Assembly (NCBI GenBank): GCA_050613775.1
Contig: JBODTK010000010.1
Coordinates: 1,178,001-1,242,000, forward strand
Reading direction: 5' to 3'
Source: Neocallimastix sp. 'constans'
Lineage: Eukaryota
Length of the DNA stretch: 64,000 nt
Shown here: piece after piece, positions 1 through 15,739 of the stretch
Position numbering within the stretch: position 1 is the first letter of the stretch
Layout of the letters: each line of letters starts with the position of its first letter
Notes under the pieces: model-generated
Databases searched by the model: none
Told to the model about the DNA's origin: nothing
What the model saw: the letters and a program-made list of their open reading frames with translations, nothing else
Position numbers and translations under genes: made by a program

Positions 1-246
1 TAAATTACCAATTACCACCTTAATAGTAATTGGTAATTTTATAAATATTTTTATTATTAAAAAAAAAAATAAATTTATTTTAAATCAAACGAATTGAAAA
101 ACTTTAATTATTAAAGTTATGATATAATAAATATAGTATAAGATAAGATAAGAAAAATTATTTATTTAACAAAAATAAAGAGTAATGAATTTATTATTAA
201 TAAAACACCAGCGGCTGAAATAATACAAGTTTTATTAGAGTTTTTT

Positions 247-279
<33 letters not shown>

Positions 280-333
280 GAATTTCATTTGCTTTAGCAT
301 TTTTTTTATTTAATTCTTCAGTAGTATTGTATT

Positions 334-839
334 AAATCAATAGTATTAATCCCAAATTAAGATTAAATATTGAGTATGATTGAAAGAACAAAATATAATG
401 AAGTAGTAAATTATTATTAATTAAGGAATTAAGGAATGTAATAACAATAAGAAATACATCTTTTTTTTTTTTTTTTTAAGTATCAAATCAAATTATTTAA
501 ATATTTTAATCGTTTATTGTATATTACTATATTAACGTATCAACTTAGTAAACTTTTTAGTAAACCTTTTTATTAAAACGTATTAAAACTTTCTTTTATG
601 ATTTCAGTTTTTTTTTTTTTTATTGTTTTTTTTTTTTTTTTTATTTTAATTTTTAATTTTTTTTTTTCTTAATCATAATTTGTTATAATAAACTTAGTAA
701 ATAATACTGATTAGAACAAATATTAATGATTAATAATTTAATGATAATTAATTTTTTTAATTAAATAACTTCATTTATATCTTGTTCTTTCAATCATACT
801 CAATATTTTATCTTAATTTGGGATTAATACTATCGATTT
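334..839. mobile_element. MITE-like element with ~70 bp terminal inverted repeats
   Basis: 334-404 (AAATCAATAGTATTAATCCCAAATTAAGATTAAATATTGAGTATGATTGAAAGAACAA...) is the near-perfect reverse complement of 768-839. The ~360 bp interior is AT-rich and non-coding. TSD not clearly resolved. Confidence 0.6.
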
Positions 840-1234
840 TATTTATTAATTATTAAATATTTTTATTCATATATCATTCAAATTTAATACTCAAATACTC
901 ATTTACATGATTGTTTTATATTTCTCTATTTTTTAATTTTAATTCATTATATTATTATTATTATTATATATTTTTTATTATTTAAATTTATTAAATATTA
1001 TATATTATGAATTATTATTATTTCATATACTTTCTTAATAATTAATTTTTATTTTATTTTATTTTTGTATATATCTTTATTTTAGATTAATACCTTTTAT
1101 TTTAATTAATTTTATTATTATTTCTTCATTTTATCCATAGATTTAGTTATCATTAAAATTTTTCTTTTTTTTTTTTTTTTAAAGGCTTTGTTTTATCGTA
1201 AAAATTGTTTATAAATTATATTAGATAAAATTTC

Positions 1235-1358
1235 AAAATTGTTTTCTAATTTTCAAAAAAAAAAAAGAAAAAAAAATTGTTTTCTAATTTTCAAAAAAAA
1301 AAAAAGAAAAAAAAATTGTTTTCTAATTTTCAAAAAAAAAAAAGAAAAAAAAAAATTG
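1235..1358. repeat. ~40 bp tandem repeat x3
   Basis: AAAATTGTTTTCTAATTTTC(A)nG(A)n repeated three times. Confidence 0.7.
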
Positions 1359-1781
1359 AAAACTAATTTATATTTTCAACGTTTATTAATTTTTTTTTTG
1401 TTTAAAACAAAAAAGAAATTAATAATAATTATGTATGAAATTTGCTTTGTTTTGAAAGAAATAAATAAAAATATATATATATTCATAATATAATATTAAA
1501 CTAATTGTATGCTATATTCACTCATTCAATACATAATAATACATATTCATAATTTAATTAGTTTAATATATTTTATTTGAATATTTTCAACTAATTATTA
1601 TAATATACACTTATACACTTATTCCATTAGTACCATATTAGTCCTTCATTTAATTATATATATATATATTATTTTTTATAATAAAATTTTAAACAATTAC
1701 TTCTGTTTTGTTATTGTTCTTAAATGACAACTTCCTATATTAATAAAGATAAATCATTTTAAAATAACTTAAATATAGATT

Positions 1782-1840
<59 letters not shown>

Positions 1841-2025
1841 TCAAATATTAATACAAAATAAATCCCTTTTAGCAATATAAATTTTTAAGTGAGATATGTT
1901 ATGATATTCTGAGATAAAAAAAAAAATAAAATTAATTAATTGGTATTCCAAAAAAAAAAAAAAAGTTTTTTAATACAATATAATGAATTTATTTTATTCT
2001 TTTAAGCTTAATGTTATGTCCAACG

Positions 2026-2069
<44 letters not shown>

Positions 2070-2162
2070 AAATTCTTTTTTTTTTTTTATAGTTGAAATT
2101 TATTGATAGGATATGATGAAATAAGTAATAAAAATAATAATTATGATATAATAATAAATAGT

Positions 2163-2197
<35 letters not shown>

Positions 2198-2249
2198 TTA
2201 ATATTAATATTAATAATAATAAAGCAATAATTTTAACAATATTTTTTTT

Positions 2250-2692
2250 TTTTAGACAGGGAAGAAAATACACTTCCATAGCTTTATTAATTTTATTATA
2301 AAAAAAAAATACATGTAGGTGAAAAGTACGTTTGAAATTAAAAATAAAAATAAAAATTAGAAAAAAAAAAAAAAAAAAAAAAAAAATCTCAAAAAAAATA
2401 CTATGTATTTCAGCAAGTTGTATTATTATGTGAGAATTCTCCCTTCCAAACAAATGAAAAAAAAAAAAAAAAAAAAAAAAAAAATAATAATAAATAATAA
2501 AACCTAGAAGTAATATCTTTAAAATAGATAGTGTGGTGTGGTGTGGTGTGGCGTCTACTAAACTCTCCCCCCGGGATTCATCATTTATTCAATATTACTA
2601 AGGTAAGATTCACCCTTCATGGAAATAGATGATGATCCTGTATTATCATTATGTTATGCCTTATCAGTACGACGTCGACGCTCTTGGTTAAA
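2250..2692 (-). repeat. Dispersed repeat: inverted, diverged copy of the modules lying downstream of the tRNA in each array unit
   Basis: GTGGTGTGGCGTCTACTAAACTCTCCCCCCGGGATTCATCATTTATT...ATTCACCCTTC...GATCCTGTATTATC and TGCCTTATC...GACGTCGACGCTC are reverse complements of blocks at e.g. 42430-42910 and 49015-49510. Confidence 0.75.
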
Positions 2693-2962
2693 GTTTTGGT
2701 ATTTTTTGGAATACCTTTAAATTAATCATGAGAAATAGAATTTGAGTGGTGAAAGATTTAATGGAGAAAAAAAAATTAACCATTCGACTAGCTAATAGCT
2801 AAGAAAAGTAAAAAATATATATATATATAATAATTCATAATATAATTTCTTAAACTAATATAAATATATATAAAATAAAAAATTGGACCAAAGAAGCATG
2901 TCATTTTTAATCATCTTATCGTATGAAATTGAATTCTATGAATAAACAGTTTTAATAAACAA

Positions 2963-3000
<38 letters not shown>

Positions 3001-3345
3001 ATATATATTAGAATTAAAGAGCTTTTGGCTAAATTTATGAAATTATAAATAGTTACTACAAATTTAAAAATAGGAAATATACAATATTAAAATAGAATAA
3101 AAAAAAATCATAATATATTATAAAGGGTCAATATTGTAATTATATCCACATTTTTATATGAAAATTTCAATTAAAATCTTAAACTAAGGATTGAATAAAT
3201 TTTCAGGAGTGAATGAATGAACGTTGATTTATTACAATTAGTTCCTTTAATACCTTATTAGATTTTTTTTATAGCCACAATTATTGCGAACTTTAATCTT
3301 TATTTATTTATTCAATTATTAATTCCATGTATATTTTTTATATTA

Positions 3346-3384
<39 letters not shown>

Positions 3385-3396
3385 ACAGAATTAATA

Positions 3397-3441
<45 letters not shown>

Positions 3442-4812
3442 TATTTGTCCAATTATTAACATAATAATATTTAAAATAGTAATGTGAAATAATAAAAAAA
3501 AAAAAAGAAATACTCCAAAAATAAAGTGTATAAATAAATTCAGAAAAGAAAAAAAAAAGAAAAAAAAAAAAAAAGTTCATTGTCAACGAGCCTCACCTCA
3601 CCTCCTTATGGATTTGGGTTTGAATTGACAAATCTGAAAAAAAAAAAAAAAAAAAAAAAAAAAATGAATGGTACATTGGCCCTGTTAGCCTGTCTTAACG
3701 GCAGTTTCGTTTCAGCGTTGACGCTCCTGGTTAGTTTGCGCTTATACTTTCGGAATAGTAGCCCTTGCCGAGTACTAGCCCGAGGCATAATTTCTGTTAA
3801 GAGAGCCGCAGATCGCACCAAGAACGGCGTTTTTGAATAATCACCAGAAATAATTTGGTTCTTAAACAAAATATTCCATTCCTTTTTGTAATTTAAATCT
3901 ATTATATTTGCATCCCTTCCACCAAGAAGAAAGTTATACAATCGGTACCATGTCACATATATATTTACACACTCATTATTCAGAAAATTACTTTAAAATT
4001 AACACGATTTTCAACAATTGAACTATTCACTACATTAGAAGTAACGATATTATAATTTTCACTATTACTAATATTAATAATACTATTTCCACTATCACTA
4101 TTTCTACTATTATTAACAATATTATTTCTATTGTTATTCTTATTAATATTATATACTTTGTTACTACTATCAGAATCAGAACTTAGTTCTATATTATTCA
4201 TATCTGTGATAACAGTGTCTACATTACCATTAGATATTGGACAATATTTAGAAATAATATAAAATTTGAAATTATAGAAAATTTATCATAAAGAATTTCA
4301 ATATCCTTAAAATATTTCATTCGAAATTCACGGAAAAGATAGCATTTAGAAAGCCAATGTTCCAATTAAGGATTTCTATTTTTTTTTAATAACAACAAGT
4401 ATGGATATCGTTCTGGAACAATCTTCTTCAATCATTTTGGCAGCTTTGGCGACACGCGTATCGAATTTATATCCACATCTGGCGTGAAGTACCCATCGGA
4501 AGCCAATGCTAAAATTCAAGATAACTTAAAGTTGATTTTTAGGTAGTCTCTAGTTTTTTTTTGTTTTTTTTTTTCAAATTTATTTTTTTTCTTATATTAG
4601 CCTTAGCCTTGATTGATTGATTTTCCTGCCATATCTCTATCCCAGTAAAAGTTTAAAATTGCTTTTTTTTTTTTTTTTTTTGATGGAAATTTATCCAATT
4701 TGTCAGCTAAATTTTTTTTTTTTTTACATTATTTATCCCATGCATGATGTCTACAATGCACGATATATCTCTAAGTAAATCCAGAGAGAGATAATAACAT
4801 TTCGAGTTTTTC

Positions 4813-4865
<53 letters not shown>

Positions 4866-4989
4866 TACCTTACCTGAGCCACCATCGGGCACATTTCGCC
4901 CCGAAAGAGGAGGAAGGTTAAGAGTTCTTTAGAATCTTTAGAATACACCATAAAGGGAAGTAAAAGCTATTCCCATTTAGAAAAATCCT

Positions 4990-5120
4990 TCAATCCAAGT
5001 ATAATCCTGAATTAACTCGTACCTTGTGGTACTTCTCGTTCCTTCTTTATTCAATCCAAGTATAATCCTGAATTAACTCGTACCTTGTGGTACTTCTCGT
5101 TCCTTCTTTATTCAATCCAA
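4990..5120. repeat. 61 bp direct tandem duplication inside the LINE relic
   Basis: TCAATCCAAGTATAATCCTGAATTAACTCGTACCTTGTGGTACTTCTCGTTCCTTCTTTAT twice, plus a partial third copy. Confidence 0.9.
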
Positions 5121-5372
5121 AATAGAGGTGCATAATATGAAAACTTGCCCAATTACTAAAGCTGAAAATAACATTTGTTTTGTAAGGGAAAGGAATAGAA
5201 GGATTCTTAAAAAAATCCTTTTAATGAAATTAAAGTGCTTCTTTCTAACTTTATTATTCATTCTCTATAGGTAGGATCAGTTTTAGTTCTAAATCATTTG
5301 AAAATGGGGCACTTTAGGCAGGTATAACAAATTCGTTTTAGGTAACTCTTGACTTGAAAGATAAAAGGTAGG

Positions 5373-5908
<536 letters not shown>

Positions 5909-7185
5909 GAAATCTTGAAAGCTTTTCCCTCGTTACCACTAAACTGGCACATTTATTGATACTAAATTACATTTCATTATTTCTCGCCCATTTACCAGCA
6001 AATTTTAGTAAATTAGTAAATTTCTTAAGTTGAGATCTTAATGGAGCACATAACACATAATGTCATCTGCAAAAAGACCTCCACAACAACGTTTATCACC
6101 AAGAGAAATTCCATATGTATGGCAGCAGTAATTAAAAATATTCATTAAATGAAACCAAATTAAATAAAAAATTGGTGAGAGGGGACAACGTTTTGATGAA
6201 TTCCTTTCTTAAATACTAAATGATTCTGATAATTGTTCATCAACCCTTACACAAAGCCTTGGAAGATAAGTATATAAATTTTCAATAAATTTATAGCACT
6301 TTACCTCCTCTAGTATCTAAGTAATAAATCTTCATTAATACAACATATATGAGAACAGAGATATATAGTCTTTATACGATCCATAAAAAAAAAGCAAGGT
6401 TAAGTATCCCCCTTACTTTCAAATTTTCATCTCTGACATATATAATTCTTAATGAAGTGTAAAGACTTATATACATTCTTCTTCTCCGTTTATGAAATCC
6501 ATAGTGTTCAGGTCCAATAAATCCTTTATCAATTCCATATTTAGAGATGCTATTAGCGATGATTTTTGCAATAATTTTTAAAACCAATTATTGATAAGAG
6601 AGATGCCACGATAGTTATTACAATCTGATGAATCCCTCTTTTTTATGAATAGAAACCGATCGATGCGTTATTCCATGAGATTTTGGAAAATTACCATTCC
6701 AAATATGATTGGATTAAGGCCTTGAGACAATTTAAAGCCAGATTAAAATATTACTATTATTATTTATATTTATTTTCACTTGACTTGATTCTTCTGAATC
6801 ATCATTACCAGGAATCAAAGCTTTAAAGAATTCCCATTTGGAATACCATCAGGACCATACGCTTTAAAGGTAGAGGTAGAAGAGATTGGTTGCAACGCTA
6901 ATTTCTTTGATTGTATGTATCAGTAATATCTTGATTGATGTTCCCATTCTTGTTGCCTTGGACTCCCCAAATTCCTTAGCGCATTAGAATCTTTCAAGAA
7001 ATCTTTAGAAAGACGATGACTATGACCTGAAAAATTCGAACCCTAAGCATTTATAATGAGAATGTCAAGCTTTTAATTTTTTATCTGTAGAAAGAAACTA
7101 TGTTCATTGTTATTGTTTTTTTTTTTTTTTAATAGGATGAGAGACCGTGAAAAGAAAGATTGATTATTTATTTTTTGCATTCTTT

Positions 7186-7218
<33 letters not shown>

Positions 7219-7219
7219 T

Positions 7220-7305
7220 TTTTTTACCCATTTTCCATGCTTTCCTACTATCATTTTTAAGAGCTAACGAACATCCAATTTTAATCTAATATAAATATTC
7301 TTTTT

Positions 7306-7342
<37 letters not shown>

Positions 7343-7600
7343 GTAAACATTTTTTATGAATTGATTTACATAGTCTATTATACGAATCAACAATTATAGC
7401 AAATTTATTGGAATCACTTACAGATTTATAACCCTCAATTTGTTTATATTTTATATGATATAACCTTTTGAAGACAATAAATTTTTCGGGTCATTATATG
7501 TTGACGATGTAATCCATATTGATGAGAGGGGGGACAACCTTGCCAAACACCTTTCTTAGTACTAAATGATACCAATTATTGTTCATCCACCCTTACTAGA
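7220..7600 (-). pseudogene. Second LINE RT fragment
   Basis: Minus strand ~7558-7525 reads KKGVWQGCPP (QGCPLS-like RT motif); the flanking DNA resembles 6170-6250. Confidence 0.55.
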
Positions 7601-8526
7601 GAAAGGAAGAGAATATACTTTCATTACAAATATAATTTCTTTTATGTATTTCAATTATTTTTATTCAATAATGATTTATAATAATTAAAGAATAAACAAA
7701 TATATGAATGTTATGTTAATATTTATGTGTAGGTGCATAAAGCTATCAATTCATATCGTTAATAGTATATTAAGACGATGATACTGCTGCTATATATAAC
7801 AAACCTACTTATCAATAATAAACTTTATAGCTACATCATATATATGAACAATATAGTTATATGCATATATGTATAACAATAGAGTATTGTATATTAATTA
7901 AACAACATAACTACCCTTTTTAAAAAAATTTTTTTTAATATAAATATTCATCTTCTTATTGATACAAACAGTATATAAAACTTCCAAAAATATAACTGAT
8001 TAGAACTTCAATAACTCTAATTTAAATATTTCCCTTATAATCCTCTCTTATTTAGCAGTAAATAATTTTAAAGCTTACTTATTATTTCAAAAAAATGAAC
8101 TAATCATAAAAAATAATCATAATTTTGTTTTGAAAAAAAAAATACTTCTAAATTCTTTATTATATTTATTTTTTAAAAAATAAATATACATTTATAAACA
8201 AATGTATTGTCACTTATGTACATACTTTTTTTTAAAAAAAAAAAGGAAAACATTGATATCAAATGTAATTAATAAATGAAATAAATTATAAAACAAAAAA
8301 AATAAAATGATAAAACTTTATATTAATTAAAACTAAAAATAAATAACTTTTATTTATAATAAATTTTTAGTTCTAAAAAATTGTTTAAATTATATTAATT
8401 TTAATAAAAAAAAATAATAAATAAATAATATATTATTTATAATTTATACAAAATAAAACAAATTTTTTTAAAAAAAAATGATTTAATACATCTTAATATG
8501 TATATATCTTATTTGCATTGTTTAAT

Positions 8527-9186
8527 TTAAACCATAGCAACTTGAGAACGAAGGGATTGTAAACCTTGACGCTTAGATCTCTTAGTCCATAAGAAGATAC
8601 CAGCGGCAGCAGCAGCACCAACACCAGCAGCAGCACCAGCTACAGTACCAGCACTCATAAGTTTATCATCACCTTCTTCAGCTGAAGCTTCACCATCAGC
8701 AGCAGCTTCACCATCGGCAGCGTTAACACCATCAGCAGCGACAGCATCATCATTGGAATCTTCAGCAGTATCGTTAACATTAACACCGGCAACAGCAGCA
8801 GTATCAGCAGCTTCAGCTTCAGAAACTTCAGCGGCACCGTTGTTAACATCAGAAGCATTAGCATTTTCAGCTCCAGCGTCATCGGCTTCAGAATGTTCAT
8901 CAGCATCAGCTGGAGCAGCAGCTGGAGCAGCAGGTTCAGTAGAAGCACCTTCAGCTGGACTTGGAATACTGTCAGTTGGGTTAGTTACTTCTGATGGAAG
9001 TTCCTTAGTTGGAAGAGTCTTTGGTGGAAGACTTTTAGCTGGAAGAGAATCACTTGGAGTACTGTTTTGAACAGCTTGACTAAGAGCATCATTTGGAAGA
9101 GTCTTTGGTGGAAGACCAGCTGGAAGTTCTTGAGCTAAACTGAAAATAGAAAGAGCAAGGAAAACTAAAGCAGTACTGAATCTCAT
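8527..9186 (-). CDS. Secreted, membrane-anchored acidic Ala/Asp/Glu/Pro-rich surface protein (219 aa)
   Basis: GC-rich island with strongly biased codons (GCT/GAA/GGT). Signal peptide MRFSTALVFLALSIFSLA, LPxKxLP repeats, C-terminal AGAAAGVGAAAAAGIFLWTKRSK hydrophobic segment plus basic tail. Intronless ORF. Confidence 0.9.
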   Translation of the reverse strand: MRFSTALVFLALSIFSLAQELPAGLPPKTLPNDALSQAVQNSTPSDSLPAKSLPPKTLPTKELPSEVTNPTDSIPSPAEGASTEPAAPAAAPADADEHSEADDAGAENANASDVNNGAAEVSEAEAADTAAVAGVNVNDTAEDSNDDAVAADGVNAADGEAAADGEASAEEGDDKLMSAGTVAGAAAGVGAAAAAGIFLWTKRSKRQGLQSLRSQVAMV

Positions 9187-12100
9187 GTTGAATTATTATT
9201 GATTAAAAAATTAAAATTTAAAATATATAAAATTGAAGATATAAAAATGTTTGTTGTTGTTGATATTTATATTACTTATTGTAAATTACTAAACTTTTAT
9301 TTATTTTTTATAATACAAGAAATATTAACAATTAAATTTGAATGAATAAAAAATAAAAAAAAAAAAAAAAAGAATATTTTTTTTACTTTTTATAGTTTTT
9401 TAAATTATTAATAAAAAAAAATTTTTTAATATATGGTATATAATATTAAAAAAAAAAAAAAAAACGGCTTTTTTCTATTTTTAATTTATTTCTATTGACC
9501 ATTCAATTTTTTTTTTTTTTTTGTAAAAAAAAAATTAAATAATAAATGAAACGATTTAAATAAAGTTAAATAAAATTAAATAAAAGAAAATTAAATAATA
9601 TAGAAAAAAAAAAAAAAAGGTAATACAAACAATATACAAATTTAATTTAATATAATATTTAATAAGGTAAACCCATTACAATTTAAAAAACAATAGTTCC
9701 TTTTAAATTATTATCAAAGATAAAGTGGAACTATTTTTATATTAAAATATATTAATATCGTACTATAGAATTCATTTATATTCCAATATACACTATTTTG
9801 TAAAAATATATATTTTATAATTATATAAAATAAAATTTAATAATATAATAAAAAGTATAATAATTAAATAAAAAAATAATAATAATAATTAAATGAATGA
9901 AAGAATAGTAATTAAATAAATGATAATAATAAATATAATAGAACAAAAAATATTTTATTTCATAACTATTAATAATAAATTTTAATTAATTATTAATTAT
10001 TTTATTATTTTTAATAGAAATTTTATTTTTATGATTATCATCATTTCTCCTATCAAAAAAAAAATAATAAAGTTAAAATTAACAAAAAAATAAAAATAAA
10101 ATTATAATAATAATAGAATTTTAAAATATATTAAAAATTTATTGAACGTCATATAATATTATATAAATCAATATATTATGATATAATTGAGTGAAGAATA
10201 AATGATTCTGAATTATTAAATTATATTATTTTCTAACCAATCGAATGACAATAGACGGCAACATCAAACAATATTAATATTAAATTTACATTACGTAATA
10301 CAATTTACATTTTACAATGTATTACAATAGATGAAAGTATAAAAATAGGCATAAATAATAATTAATAAAGTTTGGAATAGATTATCCAATAATTCCAATG
10401 ACATGAATAAAAATAAAAAATAAAGCGATTATTTACATTAATTATATTTACATTGGATGATGATGACCATTCACCATAATTACATTTAAACTTTAAATAA
10501 TAAATAAAATTACAATAAAATAAAAAAATTATTAACAAAAAAAAAAAAAAAGAATAAAAAATAATAATTAATAAATAATAATAATGATAATAATTAATAA
10601 TTAATTAATAATAATAATAATAAAGACAAAAATAATAATGAAAAAAAAAAATAATATAATAATAATGATAATAAAGAAAAAAAATAAAGACTAAAAAAAA
10701 AATATATATATTTCAAATTTATAAATTCTTTATTATAAAAAATATATAATTTAATAAAATAAAATAAAATAAAATAAAAAAATAAAAGATTAAAATGTAA
10801 CAAAATTTAATAGAACAACTGAGAGTGTTTAAATATAACAAATTAAATAAATAATTGTGAACTATTAAATTAATAATAATAAAGAATAAAAATAAAAATA
10901 GATCGTATATTTACATTTACAATGGATTTAAAGCTTTTTATTTTATTCAAATATATTTATATTTATATAGATATAGATATTTTTGTTTCTATCTCTCTTT
11001 TTATTATATTATTTTTCTTTCTATTCTTTTTCCATTTAAATGACTCTTTTTCAAAGGAACTTTTACCACTTTTAACCAGTATTCTAAAGAGACCAGTTTT
11101 ATTAATAATTATTTTTAACTATTCTGAAATTGTTTAATATTTTTTTTTATATAATAAATAAATATTAAATATTAATTTTTAAATTTTTTTTTATTTAAAT
11201 TTTTTTTATTATATTTTAAAGTTTATTTATTATATTTTATCTTTTTTTTTTCCTTTTAATTAATAGATCAATTATTTAAATCCAAAAAAGAAAAAAAATA
11301 TATGATATATATATATGATATATATATAAATTATAATATTTTTATTAATGATATTAATTATAATCAAATAATCAAATAATAATATTCGAATGAAAAAGAA
11401 AAAAGAAAAGAAAAAAAATAATGAAAATTTTTTATTTAATATGAATATTTTATATTTATTTTATTCATTATTTATTTTTTGTTTTTGTTTTGTTTTTTTT
11501 TAATTTTCTATTTTTATTTTTATTTTATTTTAATTTTCTATTTTTGTAGTATTAAAATTTTTTTACAAAAAAAATTTTTTTCATATTATTTATATTATTT
11601 ATACTATTTATTTATTTATTTATTTATTTATTTTATTTAAATTTTCTTTTTTAATTAATTTTTAATAATTATTATTTATTATTATTTATTATTATTTATA
11701 TCAATAGAATAATTATATAAAAATTAATTTTCTATTAATATTTTTTTAAAATATTAAACCATACTAATAAATATTATTAAATAATTAAATAAATAAATAA
11801 TAAATAGTTAAATAATAAATAATAAATAATAAATAATAAACAATAAATAATAAATAATAAATAATAAATAATAAATAATAAATAATAAATAATAAATAAT
11901 AAATAATTAAATAATAAATAATAAATAATTAAATAATAAATAATAAATAATTAAATAATAAATAATAAATAATAATATAGTATATATTATATATTATATA
12001 ATAAATAATAATATAGAATATAATATAGTATATAATATATATTATATATTTTATAATATTCACTAATAAACTAAAAAAAATAAAACAAATAAATAATATA

Positions 12101-12788
12101 TATAATATTAAATATTCTCTAATAATTTGAATTTACTAAAATTTTTTAAAACTTTATTATCATTATTATTTAAGATTATTTATTTTAATTAAATATTATT
12201 CTATAATAAATTTTTAAATGTTATACCATAAAACCTTTTAAAATTTTATTATATAATAAAGTTTATTATTATTATTTTTTTAATATTATTATTATTATTA
12301 AATTAATTTATTTATTATTATTAAATTTATTGATTATTAGATTATTATTTATAGATTATTTATTTTTAATTTATGCTTTCAAATGATAATAATTAAAAAG
12401 TTCCATCTTAACTACAGGTAGTACAAGAAGGCTATAAAAGAACTGATACAAAGTAAAATACTACAAATACAATTAATTATTAAAAAAAATTTATGTTTTT
12501 AGCTATTTAATCTTTTTTTTTTTTTTTTTGTGTGTGTGCGTTTATCACCTAAATTCAAATTATAAAAAATAAAAAAAAAAAAAAAACATAAATAATATAT
12601 ATAATTAGCAATTTATATTCAACAAAAGTAAACAAAATAATTATAATAATAAATATTTAAATACATGAGGGTAAACCTTTTAAAATACTCTCCCTTTTAG
12701 ATTGTCTTTACGAAATTAATATCCGTATTTATGGTTTAAATAATAAAAAAAAGATAAAAATTAATTAAAATAATTTTTTATTTTTAAT

Positions 12789-12824
<36 letters not shown>

Positions 12825-13919
12825 ATATAAATAAAAAAATAAAAATAAAAATAAAAAATAAAAAATAAAATTTTGAATAATTATTATAATAAATAATTTG
12901 CATTAAAACTTTTTTTTTGTTTTTGGGACTTTTCATTTATGGAAAAAAAAAATCTCAAAGATGAAAATTAAAATAAAAAAAAAATGAATGAAAAATGTGT
13001 TTTTTTTTTTTTTTTTTTTTTAATAATTTAAAATGATTGATATTGAAAATTATTTCATATTAAAAATATCATCTCATTATTCAATTATTTATTATTCAAT
13101 TATTCAATTATTTATTACTCAATTATTTATTTACTTACTATTTAATTATTATTATTTATTATTTATTATTTATTATTTATTTATTTATTATTTATTATTT
13201 ATTATTCATTTATTATTTATTATTTAATTATTATTATTCAATTATTTATTATTCAATTATTCAATTATTTATTATTCAATTATTTATTTACTTACTATTT
13301 AATTATTATTATTTATTATTTATTATTTATTAATAAATACTCTTTTTTATTATTTATTATTAATTATTCAATTATATATTATGTATTATTTACTATTTAT
13401 TATTTATTATTTAATTATTCAATTATTTATTATTTATTATGTATTATGTATTATTTATTATTTATTATTTATTATTTATGATTCAATTATTTATTCATTA
13501 ATATTGAAGTATTTATACTAAACTAAAAAATTAATATAGTTTCAGAATATATTAATATGTCAATGTAATAACAAATTATCAATCATCATTTAATAATCAT
13601 GGATAAAGCGTAGCATACACGTGTCCGTATTCATGGATGTAAATTATTATTTACTTATTACACATGACAGAACTCTTTTCAAAATATTAATTAATTCATA
13701 TATAAACTATATTTCCTTCCTAATTTCTTTTTTTTTATAAATATATTCTATAATATTTATATTTATATATAATAAATATAATAAATATAATAATTAGATT
13801 GATTAATTATAAATTATTAATTGCAACAATAATAAAATGAAACAACACATTTCTCAAAAATGTTTTAAACTATTTATTATTTATTACTCTAATCATTGCT
13901 ATCTTCACATAATGTAAAA

Positions 13920-13958
<39 letters not shown>

Positions 13959-15321
13959 TATAAAATAATTTTAATATTTGAAATATAATAAAATAAAAAT
14001 TATGCATATATATATATATCAATCTTTTATTAAAGATTCTCTTGAAATGAATAATTCATGGTTTAAAATATTTAGGAATAAGATTAAATCATTTATATAC
14101 ATATACAAATCTCTAGAATCCTTTTCATTCCAACTTAAATTATTTACTTTTATCAACTTTTTTCCTATTTAGAAAATTTAATTTTTTTTTTTTTTTTTCA
14201 TTTTATTTTGAAAATTAATGAAAAAGAAAAAAAAAAATTTTTTTATATCATCTTCTGTCTTTGTCCATTAAAAACAATATCAATAGATAAACTTTATAAA
14301 TAAATAAATAAATAAAATTAAAAAAGTAGTTTATTTTTTTTTTTAATTTTATAATGAATATATAATTATTATAATATCTTAAATTCGTATTTAATCCAAT
14401 ATGTATTAAAAAAAATTAAAATATTTTATGATAAATATTGTCTATTAATTTGTTTAAAAGCATAAAAGGACTTTTTTTTTTATAGTCATTACTTTTATTT
14501 AATAAAAAAATTTTTTTTATATCATCTTTAATAATTTTCTTATAAATATATAAATATATATTAATATAATTTATTACTTTTTTTTTTTTTTTTTTTTTTA
14601 CCATACATAAAACCTTTGGTTAATCCATTTTAACTTTTAGAATTTCCAACTATTTTTTTTTAAAAAAAAAAAAAAGTATTCATTCTTTCATTTCATAAAT
14701 AATTTTTTTACATTATGAAAAATTTATTGCTTTTATTCTTTTCAATTTTTTTTTTTTTTTTAATTTTAATATAATTTCTACTAAATAATCAATTATTTAA
14801 ATATTAAAATTAACTCAATATAACTTTTTTTTTTTTTACAATTAAAATATATATATATATTATATATATATATTTATATATATAAAACAACTCTTTCTAA
14901 ACTCTTTTATAATAAATAAAATAAAAACTAAAATAGAAAAAAGAAAAAGAAAAAGAAAAATAAAAAGAAAAAAAAAAGATATCATCACTTTTTAAATTTT
15001 TCAATTGTAAATAAAATAATATATAATAATATAATAACAATTAAAAAAAGTAAAGAAAAAAAAATTCAAACTATAAAAAAAAATTAAATTAAAAAAAAGA
15101 TATAAAAAAAAATTATAAATTTTTTTTTATTTTTTATTTTTTAATATTTCATTTTGTTCTTTTTATTATTTTTTTTTCCTTTTCATTATAATAAAAATAA
15201 AAAAATAAAAAAAAAAAAAAACTCTTTTTCATTATTCCTAAGGTGAACGTAAATTTTAATTTTTTAATATTTTATTTTGTTCTTTTTACTTTTTAAATTT
15301 TTTAATATTTTTATTTTGTTT

Positions 15322-15373
<52 letters not shown>

Positions 15374-15374
15374 C

Positions 15375-15426
<52 letters not shown>

Positions 15427-15439
15427 GTATTAGTATTAG

Positions 15440-15492
<53 letters not shown>

Positions 15493-15503
15493 ATTATTAT
15501 TAC

Positions 15504-15537
<34 letters not shown>

Positions 15538-15621
15538 TTATTATAATTTTTTTCTTAAATATTAATTAAAGTTCAATAAGTTCTATTTAAGTTCATCTAA
15601 AATCTGAAACGAACTAATTTG

Positions 15622-15663
<42 letters not shown>

Positions 15664-15706
15664 TAAAATCTATTTAATTAAATTTTAAACTTTAATTAAT
15701 AAATTT

Positions 15707-15739
<33 letters not shown>

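Noticed and set aside
8655..9070. Alternative-frame and antisense ORFs over the surface-protein genes (also 22739-23250)
   Set aside because: Shadows of biased codon usage in the real genes
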